A DNA stretch of 64,000 nt from Macrostomum lignano (Eukaryota): positions 4,782 to 68,781 of the forward strand of contig NIVC01000639.1 in assembly GCA_002269645.1 (NCBI GenBank), read 5' to 3'. Numbering within the stretch: position 1 is the first letter of the stretch; the number at the start of each line of letters is the position of its first letter. Positions 26,452 through 40,045 of this stretch are shown here, piece after piece. The notes under the pieces are model-generated. The model was given only the letters and a program-made list of their open reading frames with translations, was not told the origin of the DNA and made no database searches. Made by a program: the position numbers and the translations under genes.

Positions 26452-26902
26452 TGAAACGAAAAATTATATTGGTTTTTCCCATATTATAATCGTTTCCTTC
26501 TGCCAACAGTTCAGGAAGACAACGAACAATGGACCTCGATGGTAACTTTCTCTGTGTGATCTCTAGAGTCACATTCTCAAACTTCAGGCGAGGATCTTTC
26601 CTCTTCAATCAGTATATTTTATAAGCTAGCACACTGTACGCGAGCAACGAGGAATAGGAGCAGTAGGGAGAGAGAGTGGGATTTCGAGGCCCAATAGGCA
26701 GTGTCGGTCAGAGGTTGTGCATGCATCACGCGAGGGTCGCATGGCTGGGCTTCTTGCTCGCCGATCATCAGGACTATTTTTAGGCATGCAGATCTTGTGC
26801 ATCTGGGGAGTTGCTGCCAAGGCTGGATGCTTGTTCACGCATCACGCGCGTGTCGGCTGATTTCTCCCATCCTCTTGCTAACGGCGCCTTCGTTTCACTT
26901 CA
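26452..26902 (-). repeat. 5' LTR
   Basis: Copy of 25344-25794. Confidence 0.9.
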
Positions 26903-27412
26903 GTACGATAAAATAGTTCTCAGCTCCAATCTCCGCAGTGTAAAAGTTCCGACAGCTTTTTAGTACGTCCCCACGGAGATTAGATGCGGCAAGCGCGAAA
27001 ACCAGTGTAAAGCATTATCTGCAAGCATGGCAGGCGAGCCAGAGGCACACAAAGGAATCTCGGTCACCCCGCGTGAGCATGAGATCACAGAGATCACAGA
27101 GGGCAATCAGACACGAATTCGTGGCTTCTGTCCCAGTTTGACCCCTCGGTCTCCAGCGATGCCTTCGTAACATCCAAGCGTAGTAGGGATTTTTTTCTGG
27201 GGAAATCTGTGCTTCTCGGAATTTGTCACGCTTTTCTCCTTTGAGTAAATCAGCCCGCGCCCGGATCAGTGCGAGCTCAACCGAGTGGAAATTATTGAGC
27301 AAAGAGAAATTCGTGCTCTGAAAAGTCTGATGTAGCTGTGAGATTCTGGATACTTGCAGAACCTGAATGCCACAGTCGCTTAAGCAGTTGCAGTGCAGTG
27401 AGTGTCTTAATG

Positions 27413-28818
27413 GTGAAGTGTCTTGATGGTGAAGTGTCGGGTTAGTGAAGTGTCGGGTTGGTGAAGTGTCGGGTTGGTGAAGTGTCGGGTTGGTGAAGTG
27501 TCGGGTTGGTGAAGTGTTGGGTTGGTGAAGTGTCGGGTTGGTGAAGTGTCGGGTTGGTGAAGTGTCGGGTTGGTGAAGTGTCGGGTTGGTGAAGTGTCGG
27601 GTTGGTGAAGTGTCGGGTTGGTGAAGTGTCGGGTTGGTGAAGTGTCGGGTTGGTGAAGTGTCGGGTTGGTGAAGTGTCGGGTTGGTGAAGTGTCGGGTTG
27701 GTGAAGTATTGGGTTGGTGAAGTGTCGGGTTGGTGAAGTGTCGGGCTGGTGAAGTGTCGGGTTGGTGAAGTGTCGGGTTGGTGAAGTGTCGGGTTGGTGA
27801 AGTGTCGGGTTGGTGAAGTGTCGGGTTGGTGAAGTATCGGGTTGGTGAAGTGTCGGGTTGGTGAAGTGTCGGGTTGGTGAAGTGTCGGGTTGGTGAAGTG
27901 TCGGGTTGGTGAAGTGTCGGGTTGGTGAAGTATCGGGTTGGTGAAGTGTCGGGTTGGTGAAGTGTCGGGTTGGTGAAGTGTCGGGTTGGTGAAGTGTCGG
28001 GTTGGTGAAGTGTCGGGTTGGTGAAGTGTCGGGTTGGTGAAGTGTCGGGTTGGTGAAGTGTCGGGTTGGTGAAGTGTCGGGTTGGTGAAGTGTCGGGTTG
28101 GTGAAGTATTGGGTTGGTGAAGTGTCGGGTTGCTGGAATTTTGGGTTGGTGAAGTGTCGGGTTGGTGAAGTGTCGGGTTGGTAAAGTGTCGGGTTGGTGA
28201 AGTGTCGGGTTGGTGAAGTGTCGGGTTGGTGAAGTGTCGGGTTGGTGAAGTGTCGGGTTGGTGAAGTGTCGGGTTGGTGAAGTGTCGGGTTGGTGAAGTG
28301 TCGGGTTGGTGAAGTGTCGGGTTGGTGAAGTGTCGGGTTGGTGAAGTGTCGGGTTGGTGAAGTGTCGGGTTGGTGAAGTGTCGGGTTGGTGAAGTGTCGG
28401 GTTGGTGAAGTGTCGGGTTGGTGAAGTGTCGGGTTGGTGAAGTGTCGGGTTGGTGAAGTGTCGGGTTGGTGAAGTGTCGGGTTGGTGAAGTGTCGGGTTG
28501 GTGAAGTATTGGGTTGGTGAAGTGTCGGGTTGCTGGAATTTTGGGTTGTGAAGTGTCGGGTTGGTGAAGTATCGGGTTGGTGAAGTGTCGGGTTGGTGAA
28601 GTGTCGGGTTGGTGAAGTGTCGGGTTGGTGAAGTGTCGGGTTGGTGAAGTGTCGGGTTGGTGAAGTGTCGGGTTGGTGAAGTGTCGGGTTGGTGAAGTGT
28701 CGGGTTGGTGAAGTGTCGGGTTGGTGAAGTGTCGGGTTGGTGAAGTGTCGGGTTGGTGAAGTATCGGGTTGGTGAAGTGTCGGGTTGGTGAAGTGTCGTG
28801 TTGGTGAAGTGTCGGGCT
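27413..28818. repeat. 16-bp minisatellite (TTGGTGAAGTGTCGGG)n, ~85 copies
   Basis: Period 16; TGCTGGAATT inserts at 28131 and 28531. Confidence 0.98.
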
Positions 28819-29324
28819 GCTGGAATTTAGGATTGGAATATTTTAGAAAATCAAATCTTCAGCTTGGTGAAGTTCCTCGATACTCGCTCACTAAAACAAA
28901 CCTTGAATTCCTTTTAGTTTCTCAATACCTTGTCCACTTGCTGCAAGACAGTTTCACCCATTCAATACTCGTACTGCAAGACTGACGCTAGAATGAAAAA
29001 ATCAATTTGTAATGCCATGGGGGCAGACAATATTCGTGTATTTCATCATCTGCGGACAGCTTTTTACTGCCGTTTTTTCACGCGAAGTGGCGGTTTGCTA
29101 ATGGACAAAAAGTGATTGCCTGGACACTAAAGGGGATTCCGGATAAACAGTGGGTGATTCACTGGGCGAGTGCAAATATGGGTGAACAGGTTGGTAAACA
29201 CCTTTCATGTGACAAGAGCAACATAAACTGTTTTGAGGTTAATATTTACATGACATTGTAGTGCACAACAGTGTGCAGCAGACAGTGGGACACCACGCAT
29301 GACACTCGAAACTGCTGTACAGCT

Positions 29325-30020
29325 GAAGTGCACAGACAGATTCCACAACACACTGTGCTGACAACGGATAGAGATTCCACAACACACTGTGCTTCCAGCG
29401 GATAGAGATTCCACAACACACTGTGCTGACAACGGATAGAGATTCCACAACACACTGTGCTTCCAGCGGATAGAGATTCCACAACACACTGTGCTGACAA
29501 CGGATAGAGATTCCACAACACACTGTGCTGCCAGCGGATAGACACATGAGTTCACATAGGACACTGTGCTGCCAGCGGATAGACACATGAGTTCACATAG
29601 GACACTGTGCTGCCAGCGGATAGACACAAGAGTTCACATAGGACACTGTGCTGCCAGCGGATAGACACAAGAGTTCACATAGGACACTGTGCTGCCAGCG
29701 GATAGACACAAGAGTCCACATAGGACACTGTGCTGCCAGCGGATAGACACAAGAGTCCACATAGGACACTGTGCTGCCAGCGGATAGACACAAGAGTTCA
29801 CATAGGACACTGTGCTGCCAGCGGATAGACACAAGAGTTCACATAGGACACTGTGCTGCCAGCGGATAGACACAAGAGTTCACATAGGACACTGTGCTGC
29901 CAGCGGATAGACACAAGAGTTCACATAGGACACTGTGCTGCCAGCGGATAGACACAAGAGTCCACATAGGACACTGTGCTGCCAGCGGATAGACACAAGA
30001 GTTCACATAGGACACTGTGC
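29325..30020. repeat. Composite array: 34-bp units grading into related 41-bp units
   Basis: Periods 34 (29341/29375) and 41 (29581/29622) share CACTGTGCTGCCAGCGGATAGA. Confidence 0.95.
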
Positions 30021-30119
30021 CATCAAGACAACAGACAAAATAATTCAGAAAAAATCGAGAAAAATTCCATCGAGTGAGATTCTCAATGTGCCTGTCAAGC
30101 ATTCTGACAGGCTCCGGAG

Positions 30120-30320
30120 TCAGTAGTTCGTCTCCTGAAGTGTCTGCAGGCAGACTCCGTTTCGTTGGTCGGAGGGTCCACGCCGCAGGCGGTTCCAGTT
30201 CAAGCAGGGCAGCGCCTTGCGCAGCAGTCTGACCAGGCCGGCCCTCCAGTTCGCGGAGACGAACACGTAGATGAAGGGGTTGGCGCAGCACTGCACGAAC
30301 GGCAGGTTCTGGAATAGCGC
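30120..30320 (-). CDS. Six-exon GPCR, exon 6 (TM7 and C-tail)
   Basis: Acceptor cccgcag; ALFQNLPFVQCCANPFIYVFVSANWRAGLVRLLRK...ETNY*; 201 nt, phase 0. Confidence 0.9.
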   Translation of the reverse strand, partial: ALFQNLPFVQCCANPFIYVFVSANWRAGLVRLLRKALPCLNWNRLRRGPSDQRNGVCLQTLQETNY

Positions 30321-30344
30321 CTGCGGGCGGGGGTAGGGTGTTGA

Positions 30345-31375
30345 AAGTTGGAGTGTTGGGAGCAGGAAGTCGGGGTGTTGGGAGCAGGAAGTCGGGGTGT
30401 TGGGGACAGGAAGTCGGGGTGTTGGGGACAGGAAGTCGGGGTGTTGGGGACAGGAAGTCGGGGTGTTGATGACAGGAAGTCGGGGTATTGGGGACAGGAA
30501 GTCGGGGTGTTGGGGACAGGAAGTCGGGGTGTTGATGACAGGAAGTCGGGGTATTGGGACAGGAAGTCGGGGTGTTGGGGACAGGAAGTCGGGGTGTTGA
30601 TGACAGGAAGTCGGGGTATTGGGGACAGGAAGTCAGGGTGTTGGGGACAGGAAGTCGGGGTGTTGATGACAGGAAGTCGGGGTATTGGGGACAGGAAGTC
30701 GGGGTGTTGGGGACAGGAAGTCGGGGTGTTGATGACAGGAAGTCGGGGTATTGGGGACAGGAAGTCGGGGTGTTGGGGACAGGAAGTCGGGGTGTTGATG
30801 ACAGGAAGTCGGGGTATTGGGGACAGGAAGTCGGGGTGTTGGGGACAGGAAGTCGGGGTGTTGATGACAGGAAGTCGGGGTATTGGGGACAGGAAGTCGG
30901 GGTGTTGGGGACAGGAAGTCGGGGTGTTGATGACAGGAAGTCGGGGTATTGGGGACAGGAAGTCGGGGTGTTGGGGACAGGAAGTCGGGGTGTTGATGAC
31001 AGGAAGCCGGGGTGTTGATGACAGGAAGTTGGGATGTTGGGAGCAGGAAGTCGGGGTGTTGGGGACAGGAAGTCGGGGTGTTGGGGACAGGAAGTCGGGG
31101 CGTTGATGACAGGAAGTCGGGGGTATTGGGGACAGGAAGTCGGGGTGTTGGGGACAGGAAGTCGGGGTGTTGATGACAGGAAGTCGGGGTATTGGGGACA
31201 GGAAGTCGGGGTGTTGGGGACAGGAAGTCGGGGTGTTGATGACAGGAAGTCGGGGTGTTGATGACAGGAAGTTGGGATGTTGGGAGCAGGAAGTCGGGGT
31301 GTTGGGGACAGGAAGTCGGGGTGTTGGGGACAGGAAGTCGGGGCGTTGATGACAGGAAGTCGGGGTATTGGGGAT
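30345..31375. repeat. 22-bp G-rich minisatellite (GACAGGAAGTCGGGGTRTTGRK)n with 66-bp higher order
   Basis: Three alternating variants; lies in GPCR intron 5. Confidence 0.96.
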
Positions 31376-31832
31376 AGTGCGATAGAAATTAGGAGGTCTG
31401 GGGTCCAGTAATCGGGGGGGGGTAGAATTTAATGCACTAATTAACACGTAAATGAGCCGAAGCCGAGGGCATTTTTTGGCAGAGGCTTTACGTAATTAAG
31501 GGCAGCGTCATGGCTTAATTATCCATGAACACTAAACAGAGTGCACATCTGAACACATCTGCAGAAACACGCCTGTTTTTTTGCTGAATAAAAACAAAAA
31601 ACAAACTGGACTCAGTTGGCTTCAGAATCCTGAGCGGACTAAAGAGACACTGGGAGCAGAGGTGTGATTAACGCTGAACTTTCTGCGCTTGGTCAGCTTC
31701 TCTGACAGCGAGGGAGGGATGTCAGTAGAAGGGAAACTCCCTGCAACACAAATGGGTAATTTGCAGAGCCATTGCATCGCACCCATTAGGAGGGTAGAGA
31801 GCTGACAGTTGCTTCTGAAATGGATTCTGCCT

Positions 31833-32385
<553 letters not shown>

Positions 32386-32708
32386 TTAGAATCCTGCCGC
32401 AACCCCTCTTAAGGCCTTCCTGAAAGCGAGAAGTACGACAGAAAAGTTAAAAATAGCCCTCACAGCATCTCTCACGCCCCTCAAGTCCCGCAACTTCCCC
32501 GTGCATCCTTAATTGCAGATTCTTCGGCGAAAAATGAGGTCAGGAACACGAACTTCAAGGACCCGCGCGCAGCAAAGCTGTTCGGTAATAACCTTTGCTT
32601 GCTTGCCACGAATTGCCCCCGGGCCGCATTCGCAGTCAGCAGAGCGGCTAGTCCAGGTGTGCGAATGGTAGGAGAGCCCAGCCCCCGTCCCACTGCCGCT
32701 GTTGTTGC

Positions 32709-33139
<431 letters not shown>

Positions 33140-33790
33140 CACTCTTCCCTGTTGAACTGGCCAACAAATTGCACTTTTTGGCCTCCCAGTTTCTGACTGG
33201 GCGATTTTTGACAGGGATTGATTTATCCTCAACTTTCGGGAGGGAAGTGCGAGAGCCATGGAAATCCTCCTGTTTTTCTGAAGCTCTGAGCCTAGTGAGC
33301 CTTTATTGTTTTTTTTTACTTTGAGGTCAGCAGCTGAAGATGAGGCGGGGATGCTGGACCCGTGCCGCCTTCCGTCTCTCGCCCCAGCAGCCTAAATTTA
33401 TCCGGTTCTGCAGGAAAAGTCGCGACTCAAAGCTCAGGTGGGAAAACATGTTTTCGAGCCTCCCTTCCCGCCCAAAGACAAACTCGATAATCAGAGGCTC
33501 GGTCTGAGCGACTTTCGCCTCTGGCTCAGAGAAATTTTTGCGGGTGGGCGACTCGCAGCTGGCCAAATGCACCGAGATGCCCAGGGCTGCCTGCGTGATT
33601 TCAGGATCTGCACCACTCGGTTTGCATAGAAGGGCTGAATTGAAACATGGCATCCAAGGGGCAAAATGGTGATTAAAGTATTATTTTCCAGTTAACTGAT
33701 CGCGCCAGTGGCAATACAATGGATTGCTGGCCTAGCCTACACGAGTGCAGGATCCGACCCGAGACCATCCGCAGCCGTGCCGGGACTCAC

Positions 33791-33919
33791 CATGAGGATC
33801 ACGATGGCCCTGTCATTTCCGAGGCTCCTCAGCTTGCGCAGCGAAATCAAACTGAAGGCGGTTTTCGGTAGCCAGCCGAGAAAGAAGACCAGCATGACCA
33901 CCAGCAGCATGATGATGAT
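33791..33919 (-). CDS. Six-exon GPCR, exon 5 (TM6, ECL3)
   Basis: cccgcag|IIIMLLVVMLVFFLGWLPKTAFSLISLRKLRSLGNDRAIVILM|gtgagt; 129 nt, phase 0/0. Confidence 0.9.
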
Positions 33920-34804
33920 CTGCGGGACATTGCCGCGGGGTTTTCGCGACCGTGAGTCATTTTCTATTGTTGTGGTCGCTATTTTGGTTTAGTTGTTGAT
34001 AACGTTGTTACTATTGTCATTTTTGCTGTTTTCGTTGCTGTTGTTGCTATGATATTTCTCCCAACATTTTAGTAAATATTTCGGAGCACCTGCAGTTTCT
34101 ATGTTGATTTGTTTAACCAGCTGATTCACGTGATTTTGTGATTCATACCAGCTGAGTCATGTGACACCACTTCGGGATATTATTGTCTGCTCAAGAAAGG
34201 AGTTTCAGTTTTCCTGCCTTCCCGAATGTCGCTGACATTCGAGATGAACTCGGGGCAGTCGCTACTGTGAGTCTTGAATGATGGGGCGAAACAAAGGAAG
34301 CTGCATTGCAAGGTGAGTATTAGGGGAAGCCTCGCGCTGGCACAAGCTTATTCAGTTAACCCTGATCAAGTGAGGCTAGAGAGTGTAGCAGCAAAACTGC
34401 AAAGTTTCCCAATTTGTTTTTAACTTGATTTGCTTCAAGAGCCAAGCCAATTAATTTGAGTCTCAGCTCAGAGTCGGTTGAAAAATTTGAGATTTGCAAC
34501 GGGTCATCTGTGACCCGCCACTGAGCTTTTGGGAGACAATCAATGGGATCTTTTTTGTCCTTCCTTCTCACTCTCCGTTAATCTTTCTGTTGTTTATCAA
34601 GAACACAAAACAAATCTCCAAGGACTGCGGAAGGCGTTAATTTGATTGCTATGAATTCAAGTAAACAAGTCTTTTAGTGATCGGTTTCAGAGTGACGACT
34701 GTCTTGCCTGCTCAATATTGCAGAGGCCCACAAAAATATTCCCATAGGGCTGCTCGGACTCGATGGCAGAGAATAGCTTTCCAGCTGCCTTGTTTATCCC
34801 CAGC

Positions 34805-36005
34805 TGCTCTGCTCACTGCTCTTCTCACTGCTCTTCTCACTGCTCTCCTCACTGCTCTCCTCACTGCTCTCCTCACTGCTCTCCTCAGTGCTCTCCTCAC
34901 TGCTCTCCTCACTGCTCTCCTCACTGCCCTCCTCACTGCTCTCCTCACTGCCCTCCTCACTGCTCTCCTCACTGCCCTCCTCACTGCTCTCCTCACTGCT
35001 CTTCTCACTGCTCTTCTCACTGCTCTTCTCACTGCTCTCCTCACTGCTCTCCTCACTGCTCTCCTCACTGTTCTCCTCACTGCTCTTCTCACTGCTCTCC
35101 TCACTGCTCTCCTCACTGCTCTCCTCACTGCTCTCCTCACTGCTCTCCTCACTGCTCTTCTCACTGCTCTCCTCACTGCTCTCCTCACTGCTCTCCTCAC
35201 TGCTCTCCTCACTGCTCTCCTCACTGCTCTCCTCACTGCTCTCCTCACTGCTCTCCTCACTGCTCTCCTCACTGCTCTCCTCACTGCTCTCCTCACTGCT
35301 CTCCTCACTGCTCTCCTCACTGCTCTCCTCACTGCTCTCCTCACTGCTCTCCTCACTGCTCTCCTCACTGCTCTCCTCACTGCTCTCCTCACTGCTCTCC
35401 TCACTGCTCTCCTCACTGCTCTCCTCACTGCTCTCCTCACTGCTCTCCCACTGCTCTCCTCACTGCTCTCCTCACTGCTCTCCTCACTGCTCTCCTCACT
35501 GCTCTCCTCACTGCTCTCCTCACTGCTCTCCTTACTGCTCTCCTCACTGCTCTCCTCACTGCTCTCCTCACTGCTCTCCTCACTGCTCTCCTCACTGCTC
35601 TCCTCACTGCTCTCCTCACTGCTCTCCTCACTGCTCTCCTCACTGCTCTTCTCACTGCTCTCCTCACTGCTCTCCTCACTGCTCTTCTCACTGCTCTCCT
35701 CACTGCTCTCCTCACTGCTCTCCTCACTGCTCTCCTCAATGCTCTCCTCACTGCTCTCCTCACTGCTCTCCTCACTGCTCTCCTCACTGCCCCCCTCACT
35801 GCTCTCCTCACTGTTCTCCTCACTGCTCTCCTCACTGCTCTTCTCACTGTTCTCCTCACTGCTCTCCTCACTGCTCTCCTCACTGCTCTCCTCACTGCTC
35901 TCCTCACTGCTCTCCTCACTGCTCTCCTCACTGCTCTCCTCACTGCCCCCCTCACTGCTCTCCTCACTGTTCTCCTCACTGCTCTCCTCACTGCCCCCCT
36001 CACTG
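34805..36005. repeat. 12-bp repeat (CTCCTCACTGCT)n, ~100 copies
   Basis: Direct reading; GPCR intron 4. Confidence 0.98.
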
Positions 36006-36581
36006 CGCCCCTGCCTCTGGCACCCCGGTTTCGGCTTGTCCCAAACTATTTAGAAATTCGACGAATTCTCGACTTTCATTCTGCCAGAACTGCGGCATCG
36101 AGTATTGAGCAGAGCGCCATGCTCAAATTTCTTACTGCCACATGCAACTGTCCGAAACTTCATCCCTCCGGTCAGAAGCTGTTTTTCAGAATATGAGAAA
36201 GCTGCTCAATTTAGAGCAAAATGAGCAACAAAAATTGTTGCTTTGCTTACAGAATCCAGGAAACCAAAATTCTTTTTCCACACTTTTTGAGTTTTTAGGT
36301 AGGGCGACGATTCATAATTCATAATCCGCTAAATCCGTCTGGCCCCGGCAACATGTCTTCACGCGCGCCACTCATCATTTCGGGTGCACGAGCGATCTAA
36401 AAGTACATCACACCGCCCGAAGCCAGCCAAGAAGAATTCGGGCTAAACTGAAGTCCTTCTGCTCGAACAGCTGAGTTTGGCAAATCTTCTTAACCGGCTA
36501 ATTTGTCGCGGATTCCCAGGTGGGCTGTCTTTAATTCGTCATGGCATGAAAGCTTGGGGGATCAAATTGTAATTAACTCAC

Positions 36582-36795
36582 CTGCTTCCGCTTCTTAACA
36601 TTGGGATTTCGCTTGCTGGACTCCCGGCGCTGCTGCTGCAGGTGCTGACGCAGCGAAGCCGCCCCGTCGCTACTTTCGTTCAGCCTGGTTGGGACATCAC
36701 CTTCAGCAGCCGCAGCCTCTTCGATGCACCGGACCTGCAGGCCAGCGCCTGGGGCCGCCGAGCGACGGCTGGACGACGCCCGCAACTGGCCGGTT
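36582..36795 (-). CDS. Six-exon GPCR, exon 4 (third intracellular loop)
   Basis: ccggcag|a TGQLRASSSRRS...NPNVKKRKQ|gtgagt; 214 nt, phase 2/0, which exactly bridges exons 3 and 5. Confidence 0.85.
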
Positions 36796-36821
36796 CTGCC
36801 GGTGCGAGGGGAGCGGCGCGA

Positions 36822-37126
36822 TTTCATCAATTCCAATGTGCTCAGTGAATGCAACTCAAGCCTGTGACTCGGTTTCATCAATTCCAATGTGCTCAGTGAA
36901 TGCAACTCAAGCCTGTGACTCGGTTTCATCAATTCCAATGTGCTCAGTGAATGCAACTCAAGCCTGTGACTCGGTTTCATCAAATCCAATGTGCTCAGTG
37001 AATGCAACTCAAGCCTGTGACTCGGTTTCATCAATTCCAATGTGCTCAGTGAATGCAACTCAAGCCTGTGACTCGATTTCATCAATTCCAATGTTCTCAG
37101 TGAATGCAACTCAAGCCTGTGACTCA
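36822..37126. repeat. 51-bp minisatellite, 6 copies
   Basis: Period 51 (36822/36873). Confidence 0.95.
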
Positions 37127-37925
37127 GCCCACGACATTTGACTGACATCTTTCTGTTTTTCAAATTGGTTTGTTATAAATAAAACTAAATCTTCACAAAC
37201 CCTGTCTGTCTAATTGCTAAGAGCTGTGGAACAGATGTTAGCCCCAGATGAAAGTATCTCCAACTATCAACTTAATTGAGTTCAATGGAAAACAGCCAGA
37301 CTGCAAATGGAAATGCAAAACTGCCAGGCAAAACTCATGGATCACAAAAATAGTTCTGCATTCCGCCAGGCCATCAGCTGGGCAGCCCAGTGTCGGTTTG
37401 CTAATGAGGCGTCCACCACCCCGGGGGGGAGGGCCTGAGCGATCGCCCACTGCACTGAATCTTCCGTATTTTGCCAGTTTATCACCTCCAGCCGCCTCTG
37501 CTAGCCGCCTCCCATCAGCTCCCATCACCACTCATTCCAACTCTGCAGCTCCTTCCACAGGACTAACAAGAATTTGAGTTTCACTCACTAATTCCCCTCT
37601 CTCCCCCTTTCCTCATCAGCCCGCAGGTAACCCGAAATATGCTCCCAGAGCTGAGTGCCAAGCTTTCTAATCCCAGCTGCGCCTTCCGACATTTTCTGGC
37701 GGAGTCGATCGCCTCTTCAGCTCCCCTTATCGCTGTTCCCGATCTCTACTAAAATCTTGCTCGGCTAGTCATAGGCGGACTGGACAAGCTGGCTATTGTG
37801 TGCCGAGCTTTTGCAGAGGCTGGACAATGGGCAGCTAGATAATCCTCCCTCCCATTCTCACCGGCTGCCTCTCAGCTCAATTTGAATTTTGAGTAGCCAG
37901 CAGGCAGAATTTTCCCTTGCCTTTG

Positions 37926-38440
37926 AGATTGCTCAGCATTGGGATTGCTCAGCATTGGGATTGCTCAGCATTGGGATTGCTCAGCATTGGGATTGCTCAG
38001 CATTGGGATTGCTCAGCATTGGGATTGCTCAGCATTGGGATTGCTCAGCATTGGGATTGCTCAGCATTGGGATTGCTCAGCATTGGGATTGCTCAGCATT
38101 GGGATTGCTCAGCATTGGGATTGCTCAGCATTGGGATTGCTCAGCATTGGGATTGCTCAGCATTGGGATTGCTCAGCATTGGGATTGCTCAGCATTGGGA
38201 TTGCTCAGCATTGGGATTGCTCAGCATTGGGATTGCTCAGCATTGGGATTGCTCAGCATTGGGATTGCTCAGCATTGGGATTGCTCAGCATTGGGATTGC
38301 TCAGCATTGGGATTGCTCAGCATTGGGATTGCTCAGCATTGGGATTGCTCAGCATTGGGATTGCTCAGCATTGGGATTGCTCAGCATTGGGATTGCTCAG
38401 CATTGGGATTGCTCAGCATTGGGATTGCTCAGCATTGGGA
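37926..38440. repeat. Near-perfect 16-bp repeat (GCTCAGCATTGGGATT)n
   Basis: About 32 copies. Confidence 0.98.
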
Positions 38441-38457
38441 TTTCTGAGCTTTGACTG

Positions 38458-38730
38458 ATCTATCTACATGTCTATCTACAATATATAACCACACAGAGAT
38501 GCATCTACAGTGACATCTATCTACAGAGGGATCTATCTACAGTGGGATCTATCTACAGTGGGATCTATCTACAGTGGGATCTATCTACAGTGAGATCTAT
38601 CTACAGTGAGATCTATCTACAGTGGGATCTATCTACAGTGGGATCTATCTACAGTGAGATCTATCTACAGTGGGATCTATCTACAGTGGGATCTATCTAC
38701 AGTGGGATCTATCTACAGTGAGATCTATCT
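38458..38730. repeat. 16-bp repeat (ATCTATCTACAGTGRG)n
   Basis: Direct reading; ends ~15 nt from the exon 3 donor. Confidence 0.95.
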
Positions 38731-38745
38731 GCTAGAGTTTCTCAC

Positions 38746-38987
38746 TCCTGCTCGCCGCGCCTGAACTGCCGGGTGCTGAACCACAGCTTCTTGATGACGC
38801 AGCTGTAGGCGAACAGCAGGATGCAGAAGGGCAGGGCGAACAGCAGGATGCAGTGCAGCAGGAAGTACATCTGGATGCCCCGCTGGCCGTAGCTGGCCGG
38901 CAGCGGCAGCCGCACGATGCAGTTGTTGACGGTCCAGAGCACGTCCGACATGGAGCTGCTGGTTGAGTACAGCGTGCGGTTCAACAT
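38746..38987 (-). CDS. Six-exon GPCR, exon 3 (ECL2, TM5)
   Basis: ttccag|MLNRTLY...NNCIVRLP...YFLLHCILLFALPFCILLFAYSCVIKKLWFS...EQ ga|gtgaga; 242 nt, phase 0/2. Confidence 0.9.
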
Positions 38988-39060
38988 CTGGAAGCAAGCC
39001 AGGAGCAGATATCTAGGGTCTTAACGGCTCTAGCAGTGAGATCTACTCGCATCCAGATCT

Positions 39061-39695
39061 CAATAGAGTGCAATAGAGAGCAATAGAGTGCAATAGAGTG
39101 CAATAGAGTGCAATAGAGTGCAATAGGGTGCAATAGAGTGCAATAGAGTGCAATAGAGAGCAATAGAGTGCAATAGAGTGCAATAGAGTGCAATAGAGTG
39201 CAATAGTGTGCAATAGAGTGCAATAGAGTGCAATAGAGTGCAATAGAGTGCAATAGAGTGCAATAGAGTGCAATAGAGTGCAATAGAGTGCAATAGAGTG
39301 CAATAGAGTGCAATAGAGTGCAATAGAGATCAATAGAGTGCAATAGAGATCAATAGAGTGCAATAGAGTGCAATAGAGTGCAATAGAGTGCAATAGAGTG
39401 CAATAGAGTGCAATAGAGTGCAATAGAGTGCAATCGAGTACAATATAGTGCAACAGAGTGCAATAGAGATCAATAGAGTGCAATAGAGTGCAATAGAGAT
39501 CAATAGAGTGCAATAGAGTGCAATAGAGACCAATAGAGTGCAATAGAGAGCAATAGAGTGCAATAGAGATCAATAGAGTGCAATAGAGTGCAATAGAGTG
39601 CAATAGAGTGCAATAGAGTGCAATAGAGTGCAATAGAGTGCAATAGAGTGCAATAGAGTGCAACTGAGTGCAATAGAGTGCAATAGAGTGCAATT
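39061..39695. repeat. 10-bp repeat (CAATAGAGTG)n filling most of GPCR intron 2
   Basis: Direct reading. Confidence 0.98.
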
Positions 39696-39707
39696 GAACG
39701 TACTCAC

Positions 39708-39831
39708 CGAGGACACGGCAGCAATTAGGGCCAGGATGGCAGCGAAAAGCCAGGTGCTGAGGATCACCAGGGTGCCGCGTGTCTTCGTGATGATGGAGCG
39801 GGCCTTCAGCGGGTGGATCACCACGATGTAG
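39708..39831 (-). CDS. Six-exon GPCR, exon 2 (end of TM3, ICL2, TM4)
   Basis: cccgcag|c YIVVIHPLKARSIITKTRGTLVILSTWLFAAILALIAAVSS|gtgagt; 124 nt, phase 2/0. Confidence 0.9.
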
Positions 39832-39902
39832 CTGCGGGTTGGCGCGTGCGGCCGGGCGGAAATTCCATAGAAGCACCGGAAATACAGGCGAAATGCATGT
39901 TG

Positions 39903-40045
39903 GTTACAGACTCACAATGATGATTACAGACTCACAATGATGATTACAGACTCACAATGATGATTACAGACTCACAATAATGATTACAGACTCGCAGTGA
40001 TTGCAGCTGCTCATTGATGATTACAGACTCATGGTAATGATTACA
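39903..40045. repeat. 20-bp repeat (TTACAGACTCACAATGATGA)n
   Basis: About 5-6 decaying copies. Confidence 0.88.

Larger units (their letters stand above)
25344..26902 (-). mobile_element. Non-autonomous LTR retroelement (TRIM-like): two 451-bp LTRs around a ~657-bp non-coding interior
   Basis: Direct repeats 25344-25794 and 26452-26902 (offset 1108, no difference seen by eye). Minus-strand termini TGAAG...TTTCA; PBS and PPT in canonical positions; flanks GTAT/GTAC are an imperfect 4-bp TSD. Confidence 0.9.

Noticed and set aside
25518-26916. Duplicated small ORFs (70 aa minus, 71-81 aa plus) as a gene pair
   Set aside because: They lie within the two LTRs.
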